DNA of 64,000 nt from a virus: IMG/VR virus record IMGVR_UViG_3300050343_000182. One strand, written 5' to 3'. Shown one piece after another: positions 19,950 to 28,756 of this stretch (positions within the stretch are counted from its first letter, which is position 1; every line of letters starts with the position of its first letter). A program made the translations under genes and the position numbers. The notes under the pieces were generated by a model. The model was not told where the DNA came from. It saw only the letters and a list, made by a program, of their open reading frames with translations, and did no database searches.

Positions 19950-20482
19950 ATATCTTTGCAGTAGATGATGATCCTGTCCTGGCAGCAACTTGTCTGCCAG
20001 ACAAGCACATCGTCAAGATGCCACTAGAGTGTTGCCAAATGCTCGCCATTGTATTCAGCAAGTGGTATCTCAATGAGGGTCCTGTTCTTAAGAAGGATGG
20101 GACTCCTTACGCTACAGAGAAGGGTGCATTTCGTAATCACCCTTGCACCAAGTGGGTAGCAGAGTCTGATGATAACATTCAGTGGTTGATGCAGCATGGC
20201 ATTTCTCTATGTGAAGAATATACATATAGATACGGTAAAAGACATGCCTGTCAGTCATCACTCGTAGTTGCTGCAGTCACGTATCAGCATGGTTGTCCTG
20301 ATGACCACACTCCGTTCGCTCGCGCTATGCCTGACGAGTGGAAGTTTGATGATAGTATCTCTACTATCGAAGCATACCAACGGTATGTGGCAAGCAAACC
20401 ATGGGTAGCGACTAACTACCTGCGTGTGCCAGATCACAAACCGTCCTGGGTGGACTACTACTCCACCGCAACCTGTGTATAA
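19946..20482 (+). CDS. Pyrimidine-dimer DNA glycosylase (DenV-related) family protein
   Basis: MNIF...DKHIVKMPLECCQML, HPCTKW, LCEEYTYRYGKRH, FARAMPD. Confidence 0.75.
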   Translation: MNIFAVDDDPVLAATCLPDKHIVKMPLECCQMLAIVFSKWYLNEGPVLKKDGTPYATEKGAFRNHPCTKWVAESDDNIQWLMQHGISLCEEYTYRYGKRHACQSSLVVAAVTYQHGCPDDHTPFARAMPDEWKFDDSISTIEAYQRYVASKPWVATNYLRVPDHKPSWVDYYSTATCV

Positions 20483-20496
20483 TTACTGTATACACA
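20474..20496 (+). promoter_or_regulatory. TATAAT -10 element inside the palindrome TGTGTA-N11-TACACA (copy 2)
   Basis: tgtgta taattactgta tacaca, upstream of the cobS-like gene. Confidence 0.6.
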
Positions 20497-20508
20497 ACAA
20501 AGAAACAC

Positions 20509-21591
20509 ATGACATTCGCACCACACCCTGTGACCACCAATCAAATCGTTGACTACCTTCAAAGCAAGCACGGCGAGCAAGTTGGCACCACAGAATTGCT
20601 TGGTGCTGCTGAGCACTTCTCCTGCTCCTTTGCTACTGTCAAGAAGCGTCTCACTGAATACAAAGCAGGTATTGGTAAGTGGAATCTGTCTGTGCAAGAA
20701 GTCAAGCAACAACTTGAGACTGTCGTGAAGCACAGTGAATCACTCATTCCTTCTAAGGATGCCAACTACGTTCCCTTTGGCAACGCTACAGACCTTAAGA
20801 AGATCATCAAGTCCAAGATCTTCTACCCTACATTCATCACTGGTCTCTCAGGTAACGGTAAGACCCTTGGTGTGGAGCAATCCTGTGCTCAACTCGGACG
20901 TGAGTTGATCCGCGTAAACATTACTGTTGAAACTGATGAAGACGATCTTATTGGCGGTTTCCGTCTTGTCGATGGCAATACTGTATGGCACAATGGACCA
21001 GTTATTGAAGCCCTTGAGCGGGGAGCAGTGCTCCTTCTTGACGAGATCGATCTCGCATCCAACAAAATCCTCTGCCTGCAGTCCATACTAGAAGGTAAGG
21101 GTGTCTTCCTCAAGAAGATTGGTCGCCACGTCACACCTGCCCCTGGTTTCAACGTCTTTGCTACTGCTAATACTAAGGGTAAAGGCAGCGATGACGGTCG
21201 TTTCATCGGCACCAACGTGCTCAATGAGGCATTCCTTGAGCGTTTCCCTGTGACCTTTGAGCAAGAGTATCCTGCTCCTGCTATTGAGATCAAGATGCTC
21301 AATAACTACTGCTCTGAGTTGGATTGCTGCGATGATGACTTCATCAAGAACCTTGTTGCATGGGCAGACATCATCCGTAAGACTTTCAAGGATGGTGGTG
21401 TCGATGAGGTGATCTCCACCCGTCGTCTTGTCCACATCATTCGTGCTTACAGCATCTTCTCTGACCGTGTGAAGGCAATTAAGGTCTGCCTCAATCGTTT
21501 CGATGACGAGACCAAGCAATCATTCATCGAATTGTATGACAAGATCGATGCTGACGTTGACGTGTCAGTTGACAATCCCCTCAATCTCTGA
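20509..21591 (+). CDS. cobS: CobS-like (MoxR family) AAA+ ATPase
   Basis: GLSGNGKT, DEDDLIGG, LLLDEID, NEAFLERF, ISTRRL. Confidence 0.92.
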   Translation: MTFAPHPVTTNQIVDYLQSKHGEQVGTTELLGAAEHFSCSFATVKKRLTEYKAGIGKWNLSVQEVKQQLETVVKHSESLIPSKDANYVPFGNATDLKKIIKSKIFYPTFITGLSGNGKTLGVEQSCAQLGRELIRVNITVETDEDDLIGGFRLVDGNTVWHNGPVIEALERGAVLLLDEIDLASNKILCLQSILEGKGVFLKKIGRHVTPAPGFNVFATANTKGKGSDDGRFIGTNVLNEAFLERFPVTFEQEYPAPAIEIKMLNNYCSELDCCDDDFIKNLVAWADIIRKTFKDGGVDEVISTRRLVHIIRAYSIFSDRVKAIKVCLNRFDDETKQSFIELYDKIDADVDVSVDNPLNL

Positions 21592-21597
21592 TATCCT
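21569..21597 (+). promoter_or_regulatory. Sigma70-type promoter upstream of the clamp operon
   Basis: TTGACA-N17-TATCCT. Confidence 0.65.
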
Positions 21598-21619
21598 TTA
21601 TAGATAATCTCTGTATATT

Positions 21620-21910
21620 ATGGCAAACAAGTATAACGAAGAAGAGATCATCAAGGAGTTGAAAGACTACATCTGCGCCACCTACCAGCAGCACTATTCC
21701 AGTGGTAATGGTGAAGGTGTCCAGACCCTTGATCTCATCAATGCTTGTGGTGACGCTGAGGCATTCTGTAGGAGTAACATCCTGAAGTATGCCTCTCGCT
21801 ATGACAAGAAAGGCACTGCTAGACGTGACCTTATGAAAGTGCTACACTACGCTGTGTTACTGATTCATTTCAGTGACGAATCAGCAATCAAAGAAACTTA
21901 CCCCCAGTAA
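21620..21910 (+). CDS. DUF3310-like protein
   Basis: HY...FCRSNILKYASRYDKKG...DLMKVLHY. Confidence 0.7.
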   Translation: MANKYNEEEIIKELKDYICATYQQHYSSGNGEGVQTLDLINACGDAEAFCRSNILKYASRYDKKGTARRDLMKVLHYAVLLIHFSDESAIKETYPQ

Positions 21911-21912
21911 CT

Positions 21913-22635
21913 ATGCAAGCCGAAGCAAGACAAACTGTTAAATTGAGCAAGCAAACCATTGAGGTGCTTCGCAACTTCAGTGCTATTAACAAGTCTATTC
22001 TTATTGATCCTGGTAAGTTTGTAGAAACGATGTCAGTCAATAAGAATATCATCGCAGCAAGCGACATCCGTGAAGGAATCCCTGAGCAGATGGCAATCTA
22101 TGATCTGCCACTCTTCCTCGGTGCTCTGTCACTTTTCAAGACTCCCACTCTCTTCTTCCCTGATAACAAGAAGGTTGTGATCTATGATGAGGACACCAAG
22201 GGTAAGACCACCTTCTACTACAGTGACCCTGAGATCATCGGCAGAGTCCCTGAGTTTAATCCTGACCTCCCTGATCCTGAATTGTTCTTTGACCTGCCAC
22301 AGCAGGACCTGGAGCAACTGATGCAGGCATCTAAAGTCTATGGTGTGGAAGATCTCTGCATCTATGGATATGAAGGTGAGTATAGTATCTGCGTGAAAGA
22401 CAAGAAGAATGACACGTCCAATGTCTTCTCCCTGCCACTGAAGAAACCAACCTTTAGTGACCCAGGTAACATGACAGTTGAGCGTATGACATTCTGTTAT
22501 TGTTTCAAGGTTGAGAACCTGAAACTGCTCCCTGGCAGTTACCATGTATGTCTCTCACGACGTAACATCGCTAACTTCTCCAGTCTCTCCAACTCCTCAC
22601 TCAACTATTTCATCGCACTCGAGCCTAACAAATGA
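21913..22635 (+). CDS. gp45: Sliding clamp gp45
   Basis: KLSKQTIEVLRNFSAINKSI, FKVENLKLLPGSY, YFIALEP. Confidence 0.93.
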   Translation: MQAEARQTVKLSKQTIEVLRNFSAINKSILIDPGKFVETMSVNKNIIAASDIREGIPEQMAIYDLPLFLGALSLFKTPTLFFPDNKKVVIYDEDTKGKTTFYYSDPEIIGRVPEFNPDLPDPELFFDLPQQDLEQLMQASKVYGVEDLCIYGYEGEYSICVKDKKNDTSNVFSLPLKKPTFSDPGNMTVERMTFCYCFKVENLKLLPGSYHVCLSRRNIANFSSLSNSSLNYFIALEPNK

Positions 22636-23579
22636 GTAACAAACTGTTTCTTTGGGTAGAAAAGTATCGTCCTCAGACTATTGAGGAGTGCATTCTACCA
22701 GGAAGCACTAAGGAAATCTTTCAAGGTTTCCTTGATCAGGGTGAGATCCCTAATCTCTTACTCTCAGGGTCTGCTGGTGTTGGTAAAACTACTATCGCTA
22801 AGGCACTGTGTAAAGAGTTAGGTGCTGACTGTCTGGTTATCAACGGATCTGACGAAGGTCGTTTCCTCGATACCGTCCGTAATCAGGCAAAGGTATATGC
22901 TTCCACAGTATCGTTGACCTCCACTGCTAAGCACAAGGTCATCATTATTGATGAGGCAGACAACACCACACCTGATGTGCAGATGCTTCTTCGTGCTTGC
23001 ATCGAAGAGTTTCAAGGTAACTGTAGATTTATCTTCACTTGTAACTACAAGAACAAGATCATCTCCCCTCTACACTCACGATGCTCTGTTGTTGAATTCT
23101 CCCTCAAAGGTGAGGAGAAGCGAGCACTGGCAGGAGCATTCTTCAACCGTGTCAAAACTATCCTAGATAGTGAAGGCGTCAACTATGAGCCAAAGGTTGT
23201 CGCTGAGGTGGTCCAGAAACATTTCCCTGACTTCCGTCGCACACTCAATGAGTTGCAACGGTATTCTTCTTCGGGAAAGATTGACACAGGTATCCTTGGT
23301 GTCTCCAATGACATCAATATTACCAACCTCGTGGGATATATTCGCACAAAAGAGTTTACCAACATGAAGAAGTGGGTGACTCAGAATATGGACAACGAGC
23401 CTATTTCTATTATGAGAAAAATCTATGACAACCTCTACACCCATGTCCAACCAAAGTCCATTCCTGAAGCAGTGCTGGTCATCTCTGAGTATCAGTATAA
23501 GTCTGCTTTCGTTGTTGACCAAGAGATCAACATGGTGGCATTCCTGACTGAGTTAATGATGAGATGTGAATTCAAATGA
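22632..23579 (+). CDS. gp44: Clamp loader large subunit gp44
   Basis: LWVEKYRP, GSAGVGKTT, IIIDEAD, SPLHSRC, FPDFRR. Confidence 0.96.
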   Translation: MSNKLFLWVEKYRPQTIEECILPGSTKEIFQGFLDQGEIPNLLLSGSAGVGKTTIAKALCKELGADCLVINGSDEGRFLDTVRNQAKVYASTVSLTSTAKHKVIIIDEADNTTPDVQMLLRACIEEFQGNCRFIFTCNYKNKIISPLHSRCSVVEFSLKGEEKRALAGAFFNRVKTILDSEGVNYEPKVVAEVVQKHFPDFRRTLNELQRYSSSGKIDTGILGVSNDINITNLVGYIRTKEFTNMKKWVTQNMDNEPISIMRKIYDNLYTHVQPKSIPEAVLVISEYQYKSAFVVDQEINMVAFLTELMMRCEFK

Positions 23580-23866
23580 ATGTAAAACTATTCCGTATGC
23601 GGTCTGGCGAAGATGTCGTTGCAGACCTGATCGAAGACACTGCACTTAGTGTCACCTTCTGTAACCCTATTGTCGCTATCCCTAGTGGAGAAGGTAGACT
23701 GGGGTTTGCTCCTTGGGCACCACTCCTGAATGGACGTGATGCACCTGTGACTGTCCCCAAAGACTACCTTGTCTTCGGTCCTCTGGACACTCAAGAGGCA
23801 GTAGTCAAACAGTTTGAGCAAATGTTTAGTATCATTGAGACCCCTAGTAAAAAACTGATCATGTGA
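23576..23866 (+). CDS. Conserved hypothetical protein (Sm-like motif RMRSGEDVVAD)
   Basis: ATGA-coupled; motif shared with the 32460 ORF. Confidence 0.75.
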   Translation: MNVKLFRMRSGEDVVADLIEDTALSVTFCNPIVAIPSGEGRLGFAPWAPLLNGRDAPVTVPKDYLVFGPLDTQEAVVKQFEQMFSIIETPSKKLIM

Positions 23867-24066
23867 TGATTGAAAAGAGGAGAGCACAAGTTAAGTCCAA
23901 ATTTTATTACATCTTCTGGGGTGTTGCTACTGTTTCAGTACTGCTAGGTCAACTCTATGTTGGTAGTGGATACCGTAAGTTGCATTACTCTATGGAAGAT
24001 CTAATTAATAAGGTTAACGGTGTGTTGTTGGAGGCAAAACCAAATCCATATGAGGGATACATGTGA
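23863..24066 (+). CDS. Small single-TM protein
   Basis: FYYIFWGVATVSVLLGQLYVG. Confidence 0.65.
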   Translation: MMIEKRRAQVKSKFYYIFWGVATVSVLLGQLYVGSGYRKLHYSMEDLINKVNGVLLEAKPNPYEGYM

Positions 24067-24728
24067 GGCAAAATTACGAAGCACTAAACTTCTTTCCTGT
24101 CCAGTGTTATGAGTTTCGTTGTGATCAATTTTTAGTTGACACTACTCTAGGTCTTTTACAAGACGTAGAGTATAAAGCATACAACGAACCTACTGGTGTT
24201 AAAACAAGCGATGACATTCATCGTAGGGAAGTATTCAAACCACTCATGTCCTGGTTTCAGGAGTGTGTGGATACCATTCACTTTGATGCTGGTTACGATT
24301 GTGATCGTCTGGCAGTCAATAAGGCATGGGCAAATAGATCCCTAGCAAATTCTGCTCATCATCATGATGCTCACAGACATCCTATGTCTTATCTGAGTGG
24401 TATCTTCTACCTCACTAAAGGTGCTCCTACAATCTTTGTTGACCCCCTCTTCCAGAGAGAGTGGGGATCTTTCCATTTAGATGGTAAAATCGCTCAGGAG
24501 TTGGCATTTCATGGTGGTCCAGGTGGGTTGGTTGTATTTCCTAGTTACATGATCCATGCTAGTTTACCCAATCATGATGATGTTGATAGGTATACTATTG
24601 CCTTCAATACCTATCCTGATGGGGGTATTAACCAAGGCGGATGGGGTAAACCTATGAGTAAAGTCAAAGTAGAATCATGGAATGATGATCTTGGACCATT
24701 GAAACTTAGTGACTATGCAAGGGACTGA
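24063..24728 (+). CDS. 2OG-Fe(II) oxygenase (TIGR02466-like)
   Basis: HRHPMSYLSGIFY, VFPSYMIHAS, RYTIAFN. Confidence 0.82.
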   Translation: MRQNYEALNFFPVQCYEFRCDQFLVDTTLGLLQDVEYKAYNEPTGVKTSDDIHRREVFKPLMSWFQECVDTIHFDAGYDCDRLAVNKAWANRSLANSAHHHDAHRHPMSYLSGIFYLTKGAPTIFVDPLFQREWGSFHLDGKIAQELAFHGGPGGLVVFPSYMIHASLPNHDDVDRYTIAFNTYPDGGINQGGWGKPMSKVKVESWNDDLGPLKLSDYARD

Positions 24729-25353
24729 AGTACATATGTTTCCTGTCGTGTGCAGGACATATCAACAACCAGACGAGACTCTCAATCAACGTGTGATTGA
24801 ATCAATGGATGGGTATCCTGCTCAGCAGTCCAACTTTCCTGAAGGTGTCATTACTTCACGTCCTGATCTCCATAAACTTGAGGAGGGTCCTATCACAGAG
24901 TTGAGGCAGTTCTTCTGGGACTGTCTGGCAGAGTATAGGTATGCCTACAAACTCTACTGTGATGCCTTAGAGATCTCTTCTATGTGGTTTAACCATGCAC
25001 CTGCAGGGAGTGGGTATGGACACCCCTTACACAGGCATCCAATGTCCTATCTGAGTGCTGTCTACTACCTCACTCCAGGTGCTCCTACCTTCTTTGACGA
25101 TCCTGTTACACCTCGGACATACGACACACTAGATGTCTTCCAAGGTGATATGATGGAGCGTGATTGGGGTATCAATGAAAAGGTTGATGCACAGGAGAAT
25201 AAACTTATTCTCTTTCCCTCCTGGTTACGACACTACTCAGGTCGTCAACTAGATAACTATGACCGTTGGACTATTTCATTTAATGTATTCCCTTGTGGAA
25301 ACATAAATGTAGGTCCATTTGAAATGCCACAACTACACGTCTCTATACAATGA
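24709..25353 (+). CDS. 2OG-Fe(II) oxygenase (TIGR02466-like), tandem paralog
   Basis: HRHPMSYLSAVYY, LFPSWLRH, RWTISFN. Confidence 0.82.
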   Translation: MTMQGTEVHMFPVVCRTYQQPDETLNQRVIESMDGYPAQQSNFPEGVITSRPDLHKLEEGPITELRQFFWDCLAEYRYAYKLYCDALEISSMWFNHAPAGSGYGHPLHRHPMSYLSAVYYLTPGAPTFFDDPVTPRTYDTLDVFQGDMMERDWGINEKVDAQENKLILFPSWLRHYSGRQLDNYDRWTISFNVFPCGNINVGPFEMPQLHVSIQ

Positions 25354-26195
25354 AGTATTTGAAAACTCCACTCCGTTATCCTGGTGGTAAATCAAGGGTA
25401 GCAAAGACGTTGCTTGAGAAATTCCCAAGTGAGATCAATGAATTTCGTGAGCCCTTCGTGGGTGGTGGGAGTGTAGCACTGCTATTCTCTCAGAAGTATC
25501 CTGACGTTCCCATATGGATTAATGATAAGTATGTCTACCTCTACAGTTTTTGGAAGATGCTCCAAGAGCGTGGCGATGAGTTATCGGATACTCTCTACAA
25601 TATCAAAGTCGAAAACAGCACGGAAGAAAAAGCGAAAGAGTTATTCGTATCTGCTAAAGCAGAGATATCCAACGCAGATACTTTTCGCCAAGCTGTGCTC
25701 TTTTGGATTCTTAATAAGTGTAGCTATAGCGGGTTGACTGAAAACTCTTCCTTCTCTAAGACTGCATCCAATCAAAACTTCACCACCCGTGGTGCTCATA
25801 ACCTGAAGAATATCTCTGAGATCATTCAGCACTGGCGTATCACTAACCTAGATTACCAGACCGTAATGAATACTGAGGAGGGGTTGAGTAATACATTCAT
25901 CTTCCTGGATCCTCCATACAAGATCAACACATATCTCTACGGCACTAACGCCGAGATGCATAAGAATTTTAACCACACTCAGTTTGTGGAAGACTGTAAG
26001 GTATGTCCTCACAGTTGGTTGGTTACATACAACATTGACGATGAGTTGAAAGAAGCATATACTGACTACCATCAAGAAGAGTTTCGTATTACCTATGGTA
26101 TGAAGCACCGTCCAGATAATAAACTCAAGACTGAATTGTTAGTTACCAACTTCACTGAATCCACTCCTCTGGCATCCCTTTATGAAACAGTATGA
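25350..26195 (+). CDS. dam: DNA adenine methyltransferase (Dam/D12 class)
   Basis: PLRYPGGKSR, EPFVGGGSV, FLDPPY. Confidence 0.93.
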   Translation: MKYLKTPLRYPGGKSRVAKTLLEKFPSEINEFREPFVGGGSVALLFSQKYPDVPIWINDKYVYLYSFWKMLQERGDELSDTLYNIKVENSTEEKAKELFVSAKAEISNADTFRQAVLFWILNKCSYSGLTENSSFSKTASNQNFTTRGAHNLKNISEIIQHWRITNLDYQTVMNTEEGLSNTFIFLDPPYKINTYLYGTNAEMHKNFNHTQFVEDCKVCPHSWLVTYNIDDELKEAYTDYHQEEFRITYGMKHRPDNKLKTELLVTNFTESTPLASLYETV

Positions 26196-26574
26196 CATTC
26201 CTCTCAAAGATTACCTCAACAGTATCAACCTGAAGCAAGGGGATCTCTCAGAGGATCCTATTGCTATGAAGAAGTATCCAGCATACGTTATCAATAAGTG
26301 TATGATGCACCACATTGATACGTTGATGCACGCTAATGAGATGAATGCGTGTCAGAACTTAGATAGTGACTTACAATATCAATATTTCCTATATAGTGTT
26401 AGGAAATCGAAGAGATTTTCCCCGTGGGACAAGAAGATAAAAGACGGTGATCTTGACCTAGTTAAACGATACTATGGTTACAACACTGAGAAAGCACAAG
26501 CGGCACTAAAGATTCTAACCCAGGACCAGCTAAAAATTATTGCATCTAAATTGAATACTGGAGGTAAGAAATGA
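26182..26574 (+). CDS. gp62: Clamp loader small subunit gp62
   Basis: LKDYLNSIN, YPAYVIN, RKSKRFSPW, RYYGYNTEKA. Confidence 0.88.
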   Translation: MKQYDIPLKDYLNSINLKQGDLSEDPIAMKKYPAYVINKCMMHHIDTLMHANEMNACQNLDSDLQYQYFLYSVRKSKRFSPWDKKIKDGDLDLVKRYYGYNTEKAQAALKILTQDQLKIIASKLNTGGKK

Positions 26575-26993
26575 GCGATGAGATCCAATGGTCTCAAGAC
26601 ATGATGTTAGAAGTGACGCTTAAAGAACCCGACGATTTTCTCAAGGTAAGAGAAACCCTCACCCGTATTGGTGTTGCGTCTAGGAAAGAGCGCAAACTGT
26701 ATCAGTCTTGTCACATTCTCCACAAACGTGGTAAGTATTACGTCGTACACTTCAAGGAGTTGTTTGCGTTGGATGGTAAGCCAACAAACATCACTACGAA
26801 TGATATCGAACGTAGAAGTCGCATTGCGAAACTGTTATCAGACTGGGGTCTGATTGACATTGCTCGTGATGAAGAGGTAGGAGAGCTTGCTCCCCTTAAC
26901 CAAATCAAAGTTTTGTCCTTTAAGGATAAAGGTGAATGGTCTCTAGAGTCCAAATATAATATTGGGAAGAAAAAACAACCAGTTGAATCCTAA
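26571..26993 (+). CDS. regA: Translational repressor RegA
   Basis: PDDFLKVRETLTRIGVAS, LYQSCHILHKRGKYYVVHFKELF. Confidence 0.97.
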   Translation: MSDEIQWSQDMMLEVTLKEPDDFLKVRETLTRIGVASRKERKLYQSCHILHKRGKYYVVHFKELFALDGKPTNITTNDIERRSRIAKLLSDWGLIDIARDEEVGELAPLNQIKVLSFKDKGEWSLESKYNIGKKKQPVES

Positions 26994-27415
26994 TGTCACA
27001 AGAAACCACACCGAAGGAAGAACCTAAAAAGAAAGGTCTCCTAGGTAAAATCAAAGAAGCAGCTGATGACAAAGAAGAGCAGCTAGCTATTCTGTCTACT
27101 TTTGTTAGACTTGGTATTCTCGTTTGGAGTGGTGGTATACTCACTCTAGCGTATATTAAATTACCCCCTGCACTGGGTATTCCAGAGCAGAAACTCGATC
27201 CAACTTTCATAGCCAGCGTCTTCACAGGCGTTTTGGCTACTTTTGGTGTTCAGGCAGCAAAGAAAGCTGGAGAAGGTGGTGGTAATGGTGGTGGAATTAC
27301 CAAAGACCAGATGGAAAGATTGATTGAGAAAGCAGCACAGACTGCACCTTCACAGACTATTCGTCTTGAGCAGGGACCAATCAAAATTTCTACAGATGAA
27401 TCCTACAAACTGTAA
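26993..27415 (+). CDS. Two-TM membrane protein
   Basis: FVRLGILVWSGGILTLAYI and FIASVFTGVLATFGV. Confidence 0.75.
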   Translation: MSQETTPKEEPKKKGLLGKIKEAADDKEEQLAILSTFVRLGILVWSGGILTLAYIKLPPALGIPEQKLDPTFIASVFTGVLATFGVQAAKKAGEGGGNGGGITKDQMERLIEKAAQTAPSQTIRLEQGPIKISTDESYKL

Positions 27416-27420
27416 ATGTT

Positions 27421-27690
27421 ATGCAAAAACTAATTAATGTAATGGCAGTCCTATCATTTGTAGGTACTGCAGGTATCGTCGGAGGTGGCACCTATCTGTA
27501 TGTGCAGAAGGATGCAATTACCGCACAACTTATGGGTAAGGTTGCTGCAGCAGCGACAGAAGCAATCGCTGGTGCATTGCCTAGTATTGTGGATGGCGCA
27601 ATGCCTGAGTTACCTAAGGCAACAGGAGGTGCTGCTCTGCCTTTTGGTGAAGGTAAAGGTGGAGGAGTTCCTGGAATGAGATTGCCATGA
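27421..27690 (+). CDS. N-terminally anchored membrane protein
   Basis: LINVMAVLSFVGTAGIVGGGTYLY. Confidence 0.7.
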   Translation: MQKLINVMAVLSFVGTAGIVGGGTYLYVQKDAITAQLMGKVAAAATEAIAGALPSIVDGAMPELPKATGGAALPFGEGKGGGVPGMRLP

Positions 27691-28256
27691 ATAATAAACT
27701 AAAGATTGTAGCTGCTACAGTTGGTGGTTTATTTGCTGTGGCACATATTGGATTACTTGGGTATGTAGTCAACAGGCCGAAGCATCCTCAGGTCCCTACC
27801 ATTAATATCCCACGAGGCACACCTTACTCTTCTTACAAAATAGAAGCAGGTAAGGATGGTTACAGTATCGAATACAAAGCAAACGATCCTGCTATCCTTG
27901 AGTCTCAGAAATCCTTAGACCTCACTAAAAGTAAAAGTGGTTTCTTTGGTGGTAAGACATATGAAGATCGCACCGAGTTTCGTAGTGATCAATACACTAT
28001 GGATGGGACTAGAAATATTGGGGGTGTTGATAGCGAGGGAAAGTCTGCGAAAGACGTACAGTGTTTAATCGCGGACGCTGGAGCACGCTCACAAGGTGCA
28101 ATGGCAGGTAGTGCTATCGCTGCTGGTGTTGCTGTCCCTGCTGTAATGGGTATCCCATACGTTGGATGGCTAGCAGGTGGTTGGGCATTGCTTCTGGGTC
28201 AGAAGGCAGGCTCATCGGTTGGATCACAAGTGGGGTCAGTATTTAATGATTGCTAA
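27687..28256 (+). CDS. Membrane protein with C-terminal glycine-zipper hairpin
   Basis: N-terminal TM; GAMAGSAIAAGVAVPAVMGIPYVGWLAGGWALLLGQKAGSSVG. Confidence 0.75.
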   Translation: MNNKLKIVAATVGGLFAVAHIGLLGYVVNRPKHPQVPTINIPRGTPYSSYKIEAGKDGYSIEYKANDPAILESQKSLDLTKSKSGFFGGKTYEDRTEFRSDQYTMDGTRNIGGVDSEGKSAKDVQCLIADAGARSQGAMAGSAIAAGVAVPAVMGIPYVGWLAGGWALLLGQKAGSSVGSQVGSVFNDC

Positions 28257-28264
28257 TTTTAATT

Positions 28265-28756
28265 ATGAAAGAGTTGATTGTCCCTCAAACCCATGAGTAT
28301 CATGAGTTAAAGAGTCTGGTAACAGGGGAGTTTTTCCCCTGGATGCGGACTCAAAATCAGTTAGATAATTTTTACTTCTATAGTCATATCTTTCTAGAGA
28401 GACCTGAGATTGCTGGATACCCAGTGCAACAATGTGAATATCTACAGTTATTCCAGGTTGTCTTTAGTCAGATCTGTCAACATAACGAGGACATAGGATT
28501 CAACTACCTCTTAAGGATGAATGCAAATGCTATTGAGCCGTTGCCATCCAACCCTAAGATTGGTGCTGTGCATGAAGACCATACCTTCCCACATAAAAAC
28601 GTTATCATATATTTGACGGACGCTGGTGGTGATACCATCGCTGGCGATGAATCATTCCCTGCAAATGAAGACACTGCGTGCCTATTTGAAGGACCACATT
28701 GTCATGCTCTACCTGAGAAAGATCGTCGTGTTGTATTGGTGGTGACCTATGCCTGA
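28265..28756 (+). CDS. 2OG-Fe(II) oxygenase-like protein
   Basis: HED...IIYL...FEGPHCH...RRVVLVVTY. Confidence 0.7.
   Translation: MKELIVPQTHEYHELKSLVTGEFFPWMRTQNQLDNFYFYSHIFLERPEIAGYPVQQCEYLQLFQVVFSQICQHNEDIGFNYLLRMNANAIEPLPSNPKIGAVHEDHTFPHKNVIIYLTDAGGDTIAGDESFPANEDTACLFEGPHCHALPEKDRRVVLVVTYA

Noticed and set aside
17801-20496. NtcA or CRP boxes as the identity of the repeated palindrome
   Set aside because: The spacing is GTA-N11-TAC, not N8 (NtcA), and not TGTGA-N6-TCACA (CRP)
20509-21591. Cobalamin biosynthesis as an auxiliary pathway
   Set aside because: No other cob genes are in the window; the ATPase/VWA pair fits a MoxR chaperone system better
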